A stretch of DNA of 64,000 nucleotides from Microgenomates group bacterium (GTDB lineage Bacteria; Patescibacteriota; Microgenomatia; UBA10105; UBA927): the NCBI GenBank assembly GCA_049287205.1, contig JBAQFJ010000001.1, forward strand, positions 639,041 to 703,040, read 5' to 3'. The number at the start of each line of letters is the position of its first letter. The stretch's first letter is position 1. The notes beneath the pieces are model-generated. The model ran no database searches and was not told the origin of the DNA. It worked only from the letters and a program-made list of their open reading frames with translations. A program made the translations under genes and the position numbers. This document shows, in pieces, positions 49,841 to 60,095 of this stretch.

Positions 49841-51268
49841 TCAAATAAGCGAAGTAAGTCTCGCAAGCGTTTCTTCTTTTCCTAACACCTCAAGTGATTC
49901 AAGAAGCGGTGGTCCAACTGTTTTTCCTGTGATTGCTAAACGAAGCTCCATAAATACATCACGCGCTTTCACACCGGCTTTGTCAGCGGCGTCACGGATT
50001 GTTTTTTCCATTCTCTCATGCGTCCAATTGGACTCGGCGATTAATGCATCAACTGCAACTGCTAGCAATTTTTTATCAACAGCACGTTCGAATTTAGCTA
50101 CTCTTATAAAAAAGAAATCAGCGAGTGTTTCAAATTCCCCAAGTGTTTTCATCCGCTCACGGACTAAGGGAAGAATCTTTTTCATCAGCGCATCACTGCC
50201 TTTTGGTACCGTCGCATCAAATGCACGAATTTTCTCGATCAGTTCTGCCTCATCCATTTTCCTGATATATTCACCGTTCATCCATCGAAGTTTTTCCTGA
50301 TCAAATACGGGAGCGGTTGTCTGAACATCAGCCATTTCAAATTTCTCAATCATCTCATCAACAGTAAACAATTCTTTTCCTTTAAATGACCATGCCATTG
50401 TCCCCATGTAGTTTTTCAATGCCTCAGGCAAATAACCTTTCGCACGATAGTCAGAAACCCACACAGGATTTTTTCGTTTGGAAAGCTTACTCTTATCAGG
50501 ATTTCGGAGGACTGACACATGCGCATATTGAGGTGTAGCCCAATCAAAAAATTTGTAGAGCAGTATACTTTTTGGTGTTGAAGAAATCCATTCCTCTCCT
50601 CTAATAACATGAGAAATTTCCATAATGTGATCATCTATAACAACTGCCAAATGGTATGTAGGAAATCCATCTGATTTGAGAAGTACTTGATCATCAATGA
50701 GTTTATTTTCAAATGAAATATCACCTCGGATCAAATCATGAAATGTCGTCGTCCCCTCGTCCGGAACATTGAGTCTAATAACATATTTTTCACCATTTGC
50801 GACTCTCGTTTTTGCCTCACTCAACGGAATTTTTTTACACAGTCCGTCATACATAGGAGGCTGATGATTTTCTTCCTGACCTTTTCGCATTTCTTCGAGC
50901 CGAACTCCTGTACAAAAACAATAATAGGCATGTCCTTTTTCCACCAACTCCTCGGCATATTTTTTATACATAGGAAGTCTGTCAGATTGTCTGTATGGAT
51001 CATACGGACCGCCAACATCAGGCCCTTCATTGTGAGGTATTCCAAGCCATTCCAGTGACTTCAGAATGCGTTGTTCAGACCCTTCGACAAGTCGTGTCTG
51101 GTCGGTATCTTCAATGCGAATAATAAACTGGCCTTTATATTTTTTGGCCATCACGTAATTGATAAGCGCGGTATACGCGTTGCCGATATGCAGGTCTTGC
51201 CCTGTCGGCGACGGTGCAATTCTTGTCCTCACTGTCGTCATATTCATACGATGCATTGTACCACACAA
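49841..51268 (-). CDS. gltX: Glutamate--tRNA ligase. The likely start is the internal MNMTTVRTR or MTTVRTR.
   Basis: RIAPSPTGQDLHIGNAYTA (HIGH) and KLSKR (KMSKS-like). Confidence 0.93.
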   Translation of the reverse strand: MCGTMHRMNMTTVRTRIAPSPTGQDLHIGNAYTALINYVMAKKYKGQFIIRIEDTDQTRLVEGSEQRILKSLEWLGIPHNEGPDVGGPYDPYRQSDRLPMYKKYAEELVEKGHAYYCFCTGVRLEEMRKGQEENHQPPMYDGLCKKIPLSEAKTRVANGEKYVIRLNVPDEGTTTFHDLIRGDISFENKLIDDQVLLKSDGFPTYHLAVVIDDHIMEISHVIRGEEWISSTPKSILLYKFFDWATPQYAHVSVLRNPDKSKLSKRKNPVWVSDYRAKGYLPEALKNYMGTMAWSFKGKELFTVDEMIEKFEMADVQTTAPVFDQEKLRWMNGEYIRKMDEAELIEKIRAFDATVPKGSDALMKKILPLVRERMKTLGEFETLADFFFIRVAKFERAVDKKLLAVAVDALIAESNWTHERMEKTIRDAADKAGVKARDVFMELRLAITGKTVGPPLLESLEVLGKEETLARLTSLI

Positions 51269-51289
51269 ATATGCTGTATACTTATACGT

Positions 51290-52351
51290 ATGGCGACCCT
51301 AACCGAAACCGCATATCAAACCAGAAAGGCCATTAATTGGGCTATTCTCGCGGTCATTTCCTACATTATCCTTCGACTACTTTGGAGTATTTTTTTATCC
51401 GTCTGGCTGACTATTTTCCCGCCAAAAGCAGCACCACCAAACCATGCATTCGGAAAACTTCCTGCAGTCCAATTTCCGGCTACTTCAGCATCCCCTTCCG
51501 GATCACTTACATTTCGGCTTGAAACAATTGAAGGAACAGTACCAAAAGCATCAGAATCCGCAACGGTATTTTTTATGCCGAAATTTGCATCGAATCTCCT
51601 TGCACTTACCAAATCTGTCGAATTTGCCAAACGCCTCGAATTTGTGAGCGAACCAATTCAGGAAACAAAATATATTTATCGATTTGAAGATACGGACGCA
51701 CCACTTCGGAAACTCCGGTATGACATCGTTTCAAAAAACTTTATCCTCCGGTATTTATACGAACAAGATATGGCAGTATTTTCCGAGCGGAATATTCCCC
51801 TTGCAGATGCCGCAAAACTGGAAGCGAAGAATATGTTGCAAACATACGGCATCTATGAGGATGATATTGAAAAAGGAACAAATACTGTTCAATTTCTAAA
51901 ACTCTCAGGAGACACGCTTGTACAAACAACCAGTCTCTCTCAAGCAGACAGTGTCCGTGTCGACTTTTTCAGAGCTCCGGTTGCGGGAACAAACATTATT
52001 ACCCCCTACCCAGGCGAAGGCTCTGTTTCCTTCGTCTTCTCCGGATCAAAAAATATTAAAAAAAGGGTGCTCCAATTTGCCTACACATTTTGGCCTATAG
52101 ATTATCAGACAACAGCAACATATGGACTGAAAGAAAGCAGTGTTGCATGGACAGAACTGCAAAACGGACAAGGGTATATCGCAAGATATCCAAAAACAAC
52201 AAACACAGCGGTCATCAGAAAAGCATATCTTGCCTATTATGACTCCATCGAGCCACAGACGTATCTCCAACCGGTGTTTGTCTTTGAAGGAGATGATGAT
52301 TTCTTGGCATACGTTCCCGCAGTTGAAGCCACGTGGATTGAAAACGAATAA
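51290..52351 (+). CDS. Hypothetical membrane-anchored protein with a large extracytoplasmic domain. The start is taken at MATLTETAYQ; the track ORF starts at 51071, antisense to gltX.
   Basis: TM helix WAILAVISYIILRLLWSIFL follows the MATLTETAYQ methionine. The upstream 73 codons lie entirely within gltX on the opposite strand. Confidence 0.5.
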   Translation: MATLTETAYQTRKAINWAILAVISYIILRLLWSIFLSVWLTIFPPKAAPPNHAFGKLPAVQFPATSASPSGSLTFRLETIEGTVPKASESATVFFMPKFASNLLALTKSVEFAKRLEFVSEPIQETKYIYRFEDTDAPLRKLRYDIVSKNFILRYLYEQDMAVFSERNIPLADAAKLEAKNMLQTYGIYEDDIEKGTNTVQFLKLSGDTLVQTTSLSQADSVRVDFFRAPVAGTNIITPYPGEGSVSFVFSGSKNIKKRVLQFAYTFWPIDYQTTATYGLKESSVAWTELQNGQGYIARYPKTTNTAVIRKAYLAYYDSIEPQTYLQPVFVFEGDDDFLAYVPAVEATWIENE

Positions 52352-52357
52352 CCTAGG

Positions 52358-53320
52358 TTATTTCACTTCGTAGGTTTGCCAATCAATATTGGCAAATGTC
52401 CAGTCAATAAGCTGGATCGTATCAGCAAATCGATCAGCGCTTTTAAGAACTACAATAATCACCCGTCTTCCGTTCCGTTCCATAAGTGTCACCAGATTTT
52501 CACCTGCTTCTTCTGTCCAACCGGTTTTAATACCTGCAACTCCCGGAATTTTCCCCAACAATTGATTGACGTTACTCAGTTTATGAAAATATGTGTGCGT
52601 GATATCAGAAACGGTAATTTGCGGAATTCCAACCATCTTTGCAATCGTTTTATTGGAAAGCGCGACGTCAGCAAGCCGTGCCAGATCTTCGGCTGTCATA
52701 TAATGGTTTGGATCATCAAAGCCAACGGGATTTGTAAAGTGACTGCCTGAAAGATGCAGTTCTGCCGCTTTGTTGTTCATGGCAAAAATAAACGCATCAA
52801 ATCCACCGGGATACCTTTCAGCTAACGCGTATCCTGCATCATTTCCTGATTGAATCAACATACCATATAACAAATTTTCAACCGTTATTTTCTCGCCTTC
52901 AACGAGTCCCATAACCTGTCCATCGTGCATAATTGGACCAACAGTAACAACTGCATCAAGTTGCATTGCATCAAGTACGACAAGTGCACTTAATACTTTT
53001 GTTGTTGATGCAGGAGATAACCGTTCTGTACTGTTCCGCTTATATACATAGACTCCTGATGTAAGATCCTGTATAACAACTGATTTTGCGGAAATTTCTA
53101 TTCCGGGAACTATCCCTGTTTTATTCACAGGATATGGCGGTGGTGTAGGTATCACTGATTGATCAATATTTTTTATTATCTTAACCTGTTCCACCACGTA
53201 TCTGTTTTGCCCGGGATAAAATAGAAAAAAAACTACGAGGCCTATGAGGATAAGCCATTTATCCCAACGGCTTTTTAAAACGTTAGGAATATGATTGATA
53301 ATCGTATGATTTTTTGACAT
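52358..53320 (-). CDS. D-alanyl-D-alanine carboxypeptidase (serine-type, PBP5/DacA-like), membrane-anchored
   Basis: SxxK (STTK), SGN, KTG (KTGWT). Confidence 0.85.
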   Translation of the reverse strand: MSKNHTIINHIPNVLKSRWDKWLILIGLVVFFLFYPGQNRYVVEQVKIIKNIDQSVIPTPPPYPVNKTGIVPGIEISAKSVVIQDLTSGVYVYKRNSTERLSPASTTKVLSALVVLDAMQLDAVVTVGPIMHDGQVMGLVEGEKITVENLLYGMLIQSGNDAGYALAERYPGGFDAFIFAMNNKAAELHLSGSHFTNPVGFDDPNHYMTAEDLARLADVALSNKTIAKMVGIPQITVSDITHTYFHKLSNVNQLLGKIPGVAGIKTGWTEEAGENLVTLMERNGRRVIIVVLKSADRFADTIQLIDWTFANIDWQTYEVK

Positions 53321-53338
53321 GGCAGGAATCCAAACTAA

Positions 53339-54706
53339 TTACTTTTTATCTTCGAGGGCAAGCCCTAATTCCTTCAACTGCTCATCAGATACTTTGCTTG
53401 GCGCATCCATGACACTTGTCTGACCACTGGAGGTCTGTGGGAACGCCTGCACTTCTTTAATGGACGTTTCACCTGTGAGCCCCATCAAAAATCTGTCTAT
53501 ACCAAGTGCGATACCTCCATGTGGAGGTGCGCCGTATTGAAATGCCGTGAGCATATGCCCAAATTTTTCCTGAATCTGCTCTTTCGAATGCCCCAATACT
53601 TCAAACACTTTAGAAAGGACTGCGGGATCGTTACTTCTGATACTTCCACCACCTGCTTCATACCCATTCCAAACTAAATCATATTGGAGTGTCGCAATTC
53701 CTTCGATCTCACCGTTCATGAACGCCTCTTTTTGTTCTTCAGGCATTCCTGAAAACGGATTATGCGTATATGTCCATTTACCGTCTTTATCTTTTTCAAA
53801 GAATGGAAAATCAACAACCCATGCAAACGCGTTCACACCCTGCTTCTTTTCTTCTTCCGTCCTGATATCAAATTTATCTGCGCCAAATTGTTTCATCGCC
53901 TCCGCATACGTGTATACAGGAAACGGTTTTTTCTGAATGACTCCACCTAATTTTTCTACGATCTCAATCACCATCGGTTCAATGAGCCCCATGACGTCTT
54001 CGCGTTTTACAAAACTCATTTCGATATCAAGTTGTGTATGTTCAAATCCTCGATCAGCTCGTAAATCTTCATCGCGCATACACCGTGCTGTCTGAAAATA
54101 TCGTTCAAATCCTGCTACCATTAAGAGCTGTTTATATTGTTGCGGTGACTGTGGCAACGCGTAAAACTCTCCTTGCTGCAGTCTGGACGGCACAAGAAAA
54201 TCCCGTGATCCTTCAGGAGTTGATTTTGTAAGCATCGGTGTTTCAATCTCCACAAAATCATTTTTGAAAAGATACTCGCGCATCATGCTGACAACCTTTG
54301 ACCGAAGTTTTATATTCTTCTGCATCCGATCCCTGCGAAGATCCAGGTATCGGTATTTCAAACGAATTTCCTCATTAATCTCTTTCCCATCTGTATCCAA
54401 TGGGAAAGGAAGTTCGGTTGCGGAAGAAAGAATTGTGACTGTTTGTGCTTCCATTTCAATCGTTCCTGTCACAAGTTTTGGATTCACCATGGAATCCGGA
54501 CGACTCTTAATGAGCCCGACAATTTCCACACAATCCTCCGGTTTAACATCACCCAATGTTTTCATGGATACAACTTGCACAACACCTGTTCTGTCTCTGA
54601 CGTCCAAAAACATAATTTTCCCGTGATCTCGACGCGCATTAATCCATCCTTGAATAGTAACTGTCTCCCCTGTTTTATCTGGGGTTGTTGCAATAAGAGT
54701 TCTCAT
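53339..54706 (-). CDS. aspS: Aspartate--tRNA ligase, short form lacking the bacterial GAD insertion. Start taken at MRTLIATT; the track ORF extends to 54811.
   Basis: N-terminal OB fold and class II motifs (FLVPSR, QSPQ, GGGSIR). About 455 aa, versus about 590 for the bacterial type. Confidence 0.88.
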   Translation of the reverse strand: MRTLIATTPDKTGETVTIQGWINARRDHGKIMFLDVRDRTGVVQVVSMKTLGDVKPEDCVEIVGLIKSRPDSMVNPKLVTGTIEMEAQTVTILSSATELPFPLDTDGKEINEEIRLKYRYLDLRRDRMQKNIKLRSKVVSMMREYLFKNDFVEIETPMLTKSTPEGSRDFLVPSRLQQGEFYALPQSPQQYKQLLMVAGFERYFQTARCMRDEDLRADRGFEHTQLDIEMSFVKREDVMGLIEPMVIEIVEKLGGVIQKKPFPVYTYAEAMKQFGADKFDIRTEEEKKQGVNAFAWVVDFPFFEKDKDGKWTYTHNPFSGMPEEQKEAFMNGEIEGIATLQYDLVWNGYEAGGGSIRSNDPAVLSKVFEVLGHSKEQIQEKFGHMLTAFQYGAPPHGGIALGIDRFLMGLTGETSIKEVQAFPQTSSGQTSVMDAPSKVSDEQLKELGLALEDKK

Positions 54707-54756
54707 AGAACTCATTCTAAAGCTTCGGCTCAACCTTGACAAGAGATTATGAAGAT

Positions 54757-56421
54757 TTATTGTACCTGCATGTCTTTTACTTTCAGCTGCAATGACGTTG
54801 TCCCGTTCCATATATTTTCGTCAATGGTATACGCAACATCAACTGTTGCTCCGACAGGAATACCATCGCTCATTGCGCCTAATCCAAATGCAACAGCATC
54901 AACGCTTCTCTTTTTTTGATCCCGCAATTTGAGTTTCAAATGATTTTGTTTGGCGCCGATTTTTCGAATTTGATCAACAACCAATCCGCGCGTTGCAAAA
55001 ATCGGTTCGAAATTTGCGAGTCCGTATGGTGCAAAATCCTTCAGGCCTTCAACCAATGATTTTGTCACCAGAGAAAACGGAAGTTCCATATCGACTGCCA
55101 TTGATCGCACGAGCAATGAGTCATGAAGCAGTCCATCAATATGTGATTCAAAAAAATCTTTCAGAGCAGCAATATGTTTTGTCTCAACCGTAAATCCAGC
55201 CGCCATTGGATGACCGCCGACATCAACCAATAAATTACCCGCACTACGGATAAACTCAACGATATTAAATCCCGCGATTGACCGAGCGGATGCTTTTGAA
55301 ACAAACTCACCTTCTGCAATAACTATGGATGGGCGATAATATTCTTCAACGAGTTTTCCTGCAACAAGTCCGATAATCCCCGGATTATATGAAGTATCGG
55401 AGACAACTAAAATCTTGCTTTCTTGTATATGTTCTATTTTTGAAAGTCCTGTTAACGCGTGCAGAGTCGAATCGACAGTTAATTGTTGACGCTCTTTATT
55501 TGTCACTCCTAATTTGGTTGCAAGTATACTGGCGCGTTCCGAATTTTTTGTACAAAGAAGCCGTAAGGCATCAATTGCATGATCCAGTCTTCCCATAGCG
55601 TTTAAGCGAGGAGCAATTCCATGAGAAACATCAGATGTCATAATCTTTTTTTCTTCAAGCCCGGCTTCATGAATCAATGCCTTTATCCCGATCCGTTTTG
55701 TTTTTACCATTTCTTCAAGTCCAAATTTTGCAATACTTCTGTTGGCTCCGATCAAAGGCACCATATCGGCAATCGTTCCAATGGCTGCAAGCGCAAGTAA
55801 ATCGTTGGCTTCCGCCATGTTCTCATTTTCAAGAAGCAAAATTTTTGCAATAAACCATGACACTCCTGCTCCGCACAATTCTGTAGTGTGAACAATGGTA
55901 CAATTTGGAATTTCCTCGGGAGGCAAATGATGATCCGTTACAATCACTTCAACGCCAAGTTTTTTTGCGTATTCCACTTGAGCACGGGCGGTAATTCCAT
56001 GGTCTACTGTAATGATAAGTGTCGGATTAAATTCAGTGATGCAGTTGTCGATCCCTTTTTCAGACAATCCATACCCTTCCTCCATCCGATGCGGGACATA
56101 TGGCATCACCTGTGCACCCAGCGTGTGCAGTGCTTCCCACATAATCGATCCTGCGGTAATTCCATCCGCATCATAATCCGCATATACAACAATAGATTCT
56201 TTTTCTTCAATTGCTTTTTTAATCCGCTTCAATGCGTTTTTGAGCGCGGTACCATCGATGACAACATCATGCGCTGTTAATTCCAATGGATTTTTTGGGT
56301 GAAGAAATGCTTCTCGAACGCTTTTGGTTGTAAGATTACGATTGGAAAGAAGTATCTGTATGACGTCATCCACCGTCTGTATCTCATGCCCGCTCGTGTA
56401 TTTTATATTCCAGTTTTTCAT
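54757..56421 (-). CDS. recJ: Single-stranded-DNA-specific exonuclease RecJ. Start taken at the internal MKNWNIKY; the track ORF extends to 56517.
   Basis: DHH motifs YADYDADGITAG and DHH, and a DHHA1 domain. Confidence 0.9.
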   Translation of the reverse strand: MKNWNIKYTSGHEIQTVDDVIQILLSNRNLTTKSVREAFLHPKNPLELTAHDVVIDGTALKNALKRIKKAIEEKESIVVYADYDADGITAGSIMWEALHTLGAQVMPYVPHRMEEGYGLSEKGIDNCITEFNPTLIITVDHGITARAQVEYAKKLGVEVIVTDHHLPPEEIPNCTIVHTTELCGAGVSWFIAKILLLENENMAEANDLLALAAIGTIADMVPLIGANRSIAKFGLEEMVKTKRIGIKALIHEAGLEEKKIMTSDVSHGIAPRLNAMGRLDHAIDALRLLCTKNSERASILATKLGVTNKERQQLTVDSTLHALTGLSKIEHIQESKILVVSDTSYNPGIIGLVAGKLVEEYYRPSIVIAEGEFVSKASARSIAGFNIVEFIRSAGNLLVDVGGHPMAAGFTVETKHIAALKDFFESHIDGLLHDSLLVRSMAVDMELPFSLVTKSLVEGLKDFAPYGLANFEPIFATRGLVVDQIRKIGAKQNHLKLKLRDQKKRSVDAVAFGLGAMSDGIPVGATVDVAYTIDENIWNGTTSLQLKVKDMQVQ

Positions 56422-56451
56422 GGTCTCTATGGTATCATAAGATGGAAGGAA

Positions 56452-57861
56452 ATGCGTATGAACGGAAATATATCGATGCCCACGAGACCTAAAAAAATCA
56501 TTGAAGCCATGCAACAAGCGGGGTATGAATGTTATGCGGTCGGCGGATCAGTACGCGATAGTCTCATGGGAAAAGGAACACACGGATGGGACTTTACCAC
56601 GAATGCAACTCCTGAACAAATTCTTTCGGTGTTTCCCGACAGTTTTTATGACAACCAATTTGGAACAGTAGGTATAAAAATATATAAAAATGAAACGTCC
56701 TCCTTCGCCAAGGCTTCGGCGGATAAACCTGAAGATATTTACGAAATCACAACCTACCGGAGTGAAAAAGGATACAAAGATCATCGCCATCCAGATGTCG
56801 TCCTTTGGGGTAGTACGCTTGAAGAAGACCTCTCAAGGAGGGACGCGACAATCAATGCCATTGCATGGGATGGGACAACGCTCATTGATCCCTATCAGGG
56901 GCAGGAAGACATTAAAAATAAAATCATAAAAACAGTTGGCATTGCAGAAGACAGATTTGCCGAAGATGCACTTCGTATGATGCGAGCTATTCGCATTGCA
57001 AGCCAATTGGGATTTCAAATTGAAGAACAAACAAGTCTTGCGATACAAAATAATGCGCCGTTACTTGAAGAGATTTCCAAAGAACGGGTACGTGATGAGT
57101 TCTTAAAAATTCTTGTCGCTCCATTTGCGTATGACGGGATTCTCATGCTTAAAAATACGGGTCTTATGGAATATATCCTGCCGGAATTTATTCCTGCGTT
57201 TACTACAGAACAAAAAAGTCCACACCGACATCACCTCTATGATGTTGGTATTCATTCAACAAAAGCAATGGAGGCATGCCCCTCTACAGATCCTATTGTA
57301 AAATTTGCAACCCTCATCCATGACATTGGAAAATCAAAAACATTTCATAAAGATGAGACCGGGCTTATCACATTTTATAATCACGAAGTTGCAGGTGACC
57401 GCATTGCAAAACATATTGTTGAACGTTTACGATTTTCAAAAAAAGACAGTGACCGAATCCGAACACTGATCCGGTGGCACCAATTCAGTGTTGATGAACG
57501 GCAGACGGACAGCGCTATCAGAAGAATTATTCGAAGAGTAGGAAAAGAAAATCTGAAAGATATGCTTGATCTCCGAATTGGAGATAGATTGGGTGGTGGA
57601 GCGCTTGAAACCTCTTGGAGACTGGAACTTTTCAAAAAACGACTGGAAGAAGTGCAACTTCAACCGTTTTCTATTACTGATTTGAAAATAAATGGCAATG
57701 ATGTTATGAACATTCTTGGGTGTAGACCCAGTCCAATTGTAGGTGTTACACTTGCAAAATTATTTGCGGAGGTTGAAAAAGGAACACTTCAAAATGAACG
57801 GGAAACACTGCTTACAGCAATTTCTTCTTTTTCTTCTGTTCCAGAAAGTCCCAAAGAATAA
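56452..57861 (+). CDS. cca: CCA-adding tRNA nucleotidyltransferase with an HD domain. Start taken at MRMNG; the track ORF begins at 56299.
   Basis: YAVGGSVRD nucleotidyltransferase head, a poly(A)-polymerase-like neck, and a C-terminal HD domain. Confidence 0.88.
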   Translation: MRMNGNISMPTRPKKIIEAMQQAGYECYAVGGSVRDSLMGKGTHGWDFTTNATPEQILSVFPDSFYDNQFGTVGIKIYKNETSSFAKASADKPEDIYEITTYRSEKGYKDHRHPDVVLWGSTLEEDLSRRDATINAIAWDGTTLIDPYQGQEDIKNKIIKTVGIAEDRFAEDALRMMRAIRIASQLGFQIEEQTSLAIQNNAPLLEEISKERVRDEFLKILVAPFAYDGILMLKNTGLMEYILPEFIPAFTTEQKSPHRHHLYDVGIHSTKAMEACPSTDPIVKFATLIHDIGKSKTFHKDETGLITFYNHEVAGDRIAKHIVERLRFSKKDSDRIRTLIRWHQFSVDERQTDSAIRRIIRRVGKENLKDMLDLRIGDRLGGGALETSWRLELFKKRLEEVQLQPFSITDLKINGNDVMNILGCRPSPIVGVTLAKLFAEVEKGTLQNERETLLTAISSFSSVPESPKE

Positions 57862-58699
57862 CGAGTGGCGTTGCCACAAATGGCGATGAATAGGTTCCTG
57901 TAACCGTGCCGATAAGGAGCGCTACTGCAAACCATTTCACTGATTCCCCACCCATCAAAACAAGCGCAAGTAACATAAAAATAATAGTGAATGAATTAAT
58001 AAGGGAACGTCCCATGGTTTCATTCAGTGCAATGTCTGAAATATCTCTGATATGCCCACGTGGATCCTTTTTTCGGTACTCACGAATGCGGTCAAAAATA
58101 ACAATCGTATCATGTACAGAAAAACTCATGGTCGTCAAAAATGCGGTCATAAATAATGTGTCGACTTCAACGCTGAAAAAATGGCCTAACAATGAAAAGC
58201 TTCCGAATACAACAAGTACATCGTGGATAAGCGCCAGTATTGCAGAGATACCGAATGTAATGTTCTTAAATGCGTACGCAACGTACAGTAATATCGCGAT
58301 GATCGCCAAAAGTGCGGCGACCACTGACTTAAATAATAATTCAGCGCCTAGAATTGGACCGACTGTCTCTTTTTTTAATATCTCTGGTGTTTCTCCTGTT
58401 TCCTCAGCAATGGCTGTTTGAAAGGAAATAATTGCTTCGTCTGTTGCGGATCCTGCACGAATTCCATACGACGTATCACCTATTGTTTGCACCGTCATGA
58501 CAGGAAACTGCCGAATTTTTGCAATACGTTCTATCGTTCCTGACGGAAGACTTTTTGAAAATTTCATTTCCAGTAATGTTCCCCCTGTAAAGTCAACGGA
58601 AGGTTTCAAACCAAAACGGATTAATGAATACATTCCGGGAATCAGAACAAGCGCTGAAATACAGATATATACCCAGATATATTTTGAGAATCGGATCAT
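57812..58699 (-). CDS. secF: Protein-export membrane protein SecF
   Basis: Six TM helices and a SecD/F periplasmic domain. It overlaps secD by 4 nt. Confidence 0.9.
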   Translation of the reverse strand: MIRFSKYIWVYICISALVLIPGMYSLIRFGLKPSVDFTGGTLLEMKFSKSLPSGTIERIAKIRQFPVMTVQTIGDTSYGIRAGSATDEAIISFQTAIAEETGETPEILKKETVGPILGAELLFKSVVAALLAIIAILLYVAYAFKNITFGISAILALIHDVLVVFGSFSLLGHFFSVEVDTLFMTAFLTTMSFSVHDTIVIFDRIREYRKKDPRGHIRDISDIALNETMGRSLINSFTIIFMLLALVLMGGESVKWFAVALLIGTVTGTYSSPFVATPLVILWDFLEQKKKKKLL

Positions 58700-60081
58700 G
58701 ACTGCTCCCCCCTCTTCACTTTTGGCCCTTTATATAACACGCGGATGAATGTTCTCGTTACTACGATACCGGTAAATAAGCTTGTCACTACTCCGATAAA
58801 AAGCGTTGCGGCAAATCCCCTGACGAGTCCTGATGTCGGCAGAAATGACCAGTTCCCAGGATTAAACAGAATAATGGATGTGATGATAGTCGTAAAATTT
58901 GCATCCCGAATGCTTTCCCACGCTTTTCCAAAACCAAGTTCCATTGCAATGTGCCATGGTTTTCCCTTTCGAAGCTCCTCTTTATATCTTGAAAAAATCA
59001 AAATATTACTGTCTACTGCCATACCGATGGATAAAATAAACCCTGCAATTCCCGGAAGCGTTAATGTAACAGGAATCAGACGATACAATGAAAATGTGAT
59101 AAGTCCATACATGATGAGAGCCAAATCCGCCAACACTCCAAGCCATCCAAATTCAATAATCATAAATAGCGCAACCAACCCTAGCCCCATCACACCCGCT
59201 CTGGTACTTTTCATCACTGATTCTGCTCCGAGTGTTGCGCCAATGGTTCTTTTCTCAACAACTTTCACAGGAACCGGAAGAGCACCGGCATTGAGTTGAA
59301 TGGACAATTGTTTAGCGGATTCAACAGTGAAGCTTCCTGTTATTACACCTTGACCATCAGAAATTTCCGTACTGATTGTCGGAGCTGTCACAAGCATATC
59401 ATCTAAAAATATCGCCAATGGCTTCCCTACTAATCGTTTGGTTACATCAGCAAATTTTTTGGCGCCTTCCGGAGTAAACTGAATAGCCACTTGCGGTTCG
59501 CCTGTCTGCGTATCAAATTCTATACCTGATTTTTTTAAATCTTTTCCTGAAATTCCTACGCTCTTTGTATTTTCAAGCGTTGGCACGAGATAGGCGGAAG
59601 TTGTTGCATCAACAGTACTTTCAGTAATCTCTCTAAATTCCAAATTTGCTGTTTGTCCGACAAGTAAGAGTGCCTCTTCCGTGTTCGTTACCCCCGGAAG
59701 TTCAACAAGTATTCTGTAGGTCGTACCGCTTATTGCCGATTGCACCACGGGTTCAGAAACACCAAAAAAATTAACCCGGCGTTCAATCACTTGTTTTGCT
59801 GATTCCAAAGAATCCAGTTTATCCGCATCTGCAATTCCTGTCATGTCGGCTTCCAATGAGACCTGCGTCCCCCCCGCAAGATCAAGTCCCAAATGTGTCG
59901 TAAATTTCTTTTGCAACTTCAACCCGAACACATTCATGTTAATTTCAGGAGGATTGAGTGTTATCGTTTGCTTCGTACCACCGAACGGAATTGTAATTTT
60001 AAAATTTTCAGGAATGACAACCACAGTTAGCACCACGGCTAGTAATATAAGAAGCACGAACGTTCGTTTTATTTTTTTCAT
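58696..60081 (-). CDS. secD: Protein-export membrane protein SecD
   Basis: 461 aa with an N-terminal TM helix, a periplasmic domain and a C-terminal TM bundle. Confidence 0.9.
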   Translation of the reverse strand: MKKIKRTFVLLILLAVVLTVVVIPENFKITIPFGGTKQTITLNPPEINMNVFGLKLQKKFTTHLGLDLAGGTQVSLEADMTGIADADKLDSLESAKQVIERRVNFFGVSEPVVQSAISGTTYRILVELPGVTNTEEALLLVGQTANLEFREITESTVDATTSAYLVPTLENTKSVGISGKDLKKSGIEFDTQTGEPQVAIQFTPEGAKKFADVTKRLVGKPLAIFLDDMLVTAPTISTEISDGQGVITGSFTVESAKQLSIQLNAGALPVPVKVVEKRTIGATLGAESVMKSTRAGVMGLGLVALFMIIEFGWLGVLADLALIMYGLITFSLYRLIPVTLTLPGIAGFILSIGMAVDSNILIFSRYKEELRKGKPWHIAMELGFGKAWESIRDANFTTIITSIILFNPGNWSFLPTSGLVRGFAATLFIGVVTSLFTGIVVTRTFIRVLYKGPKVKRGEQS

Positions 60082-60095
60082 AACGTGAAACGTTT

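Noticed and set aside
51071-51289. N-terminal 73 codons of the 426-aa track ORF
   Set aside because: This segment is antisense to the gltX catalytic N-terminus. The real start is more plausibly the Met at 51290 that precedes a TM helix.
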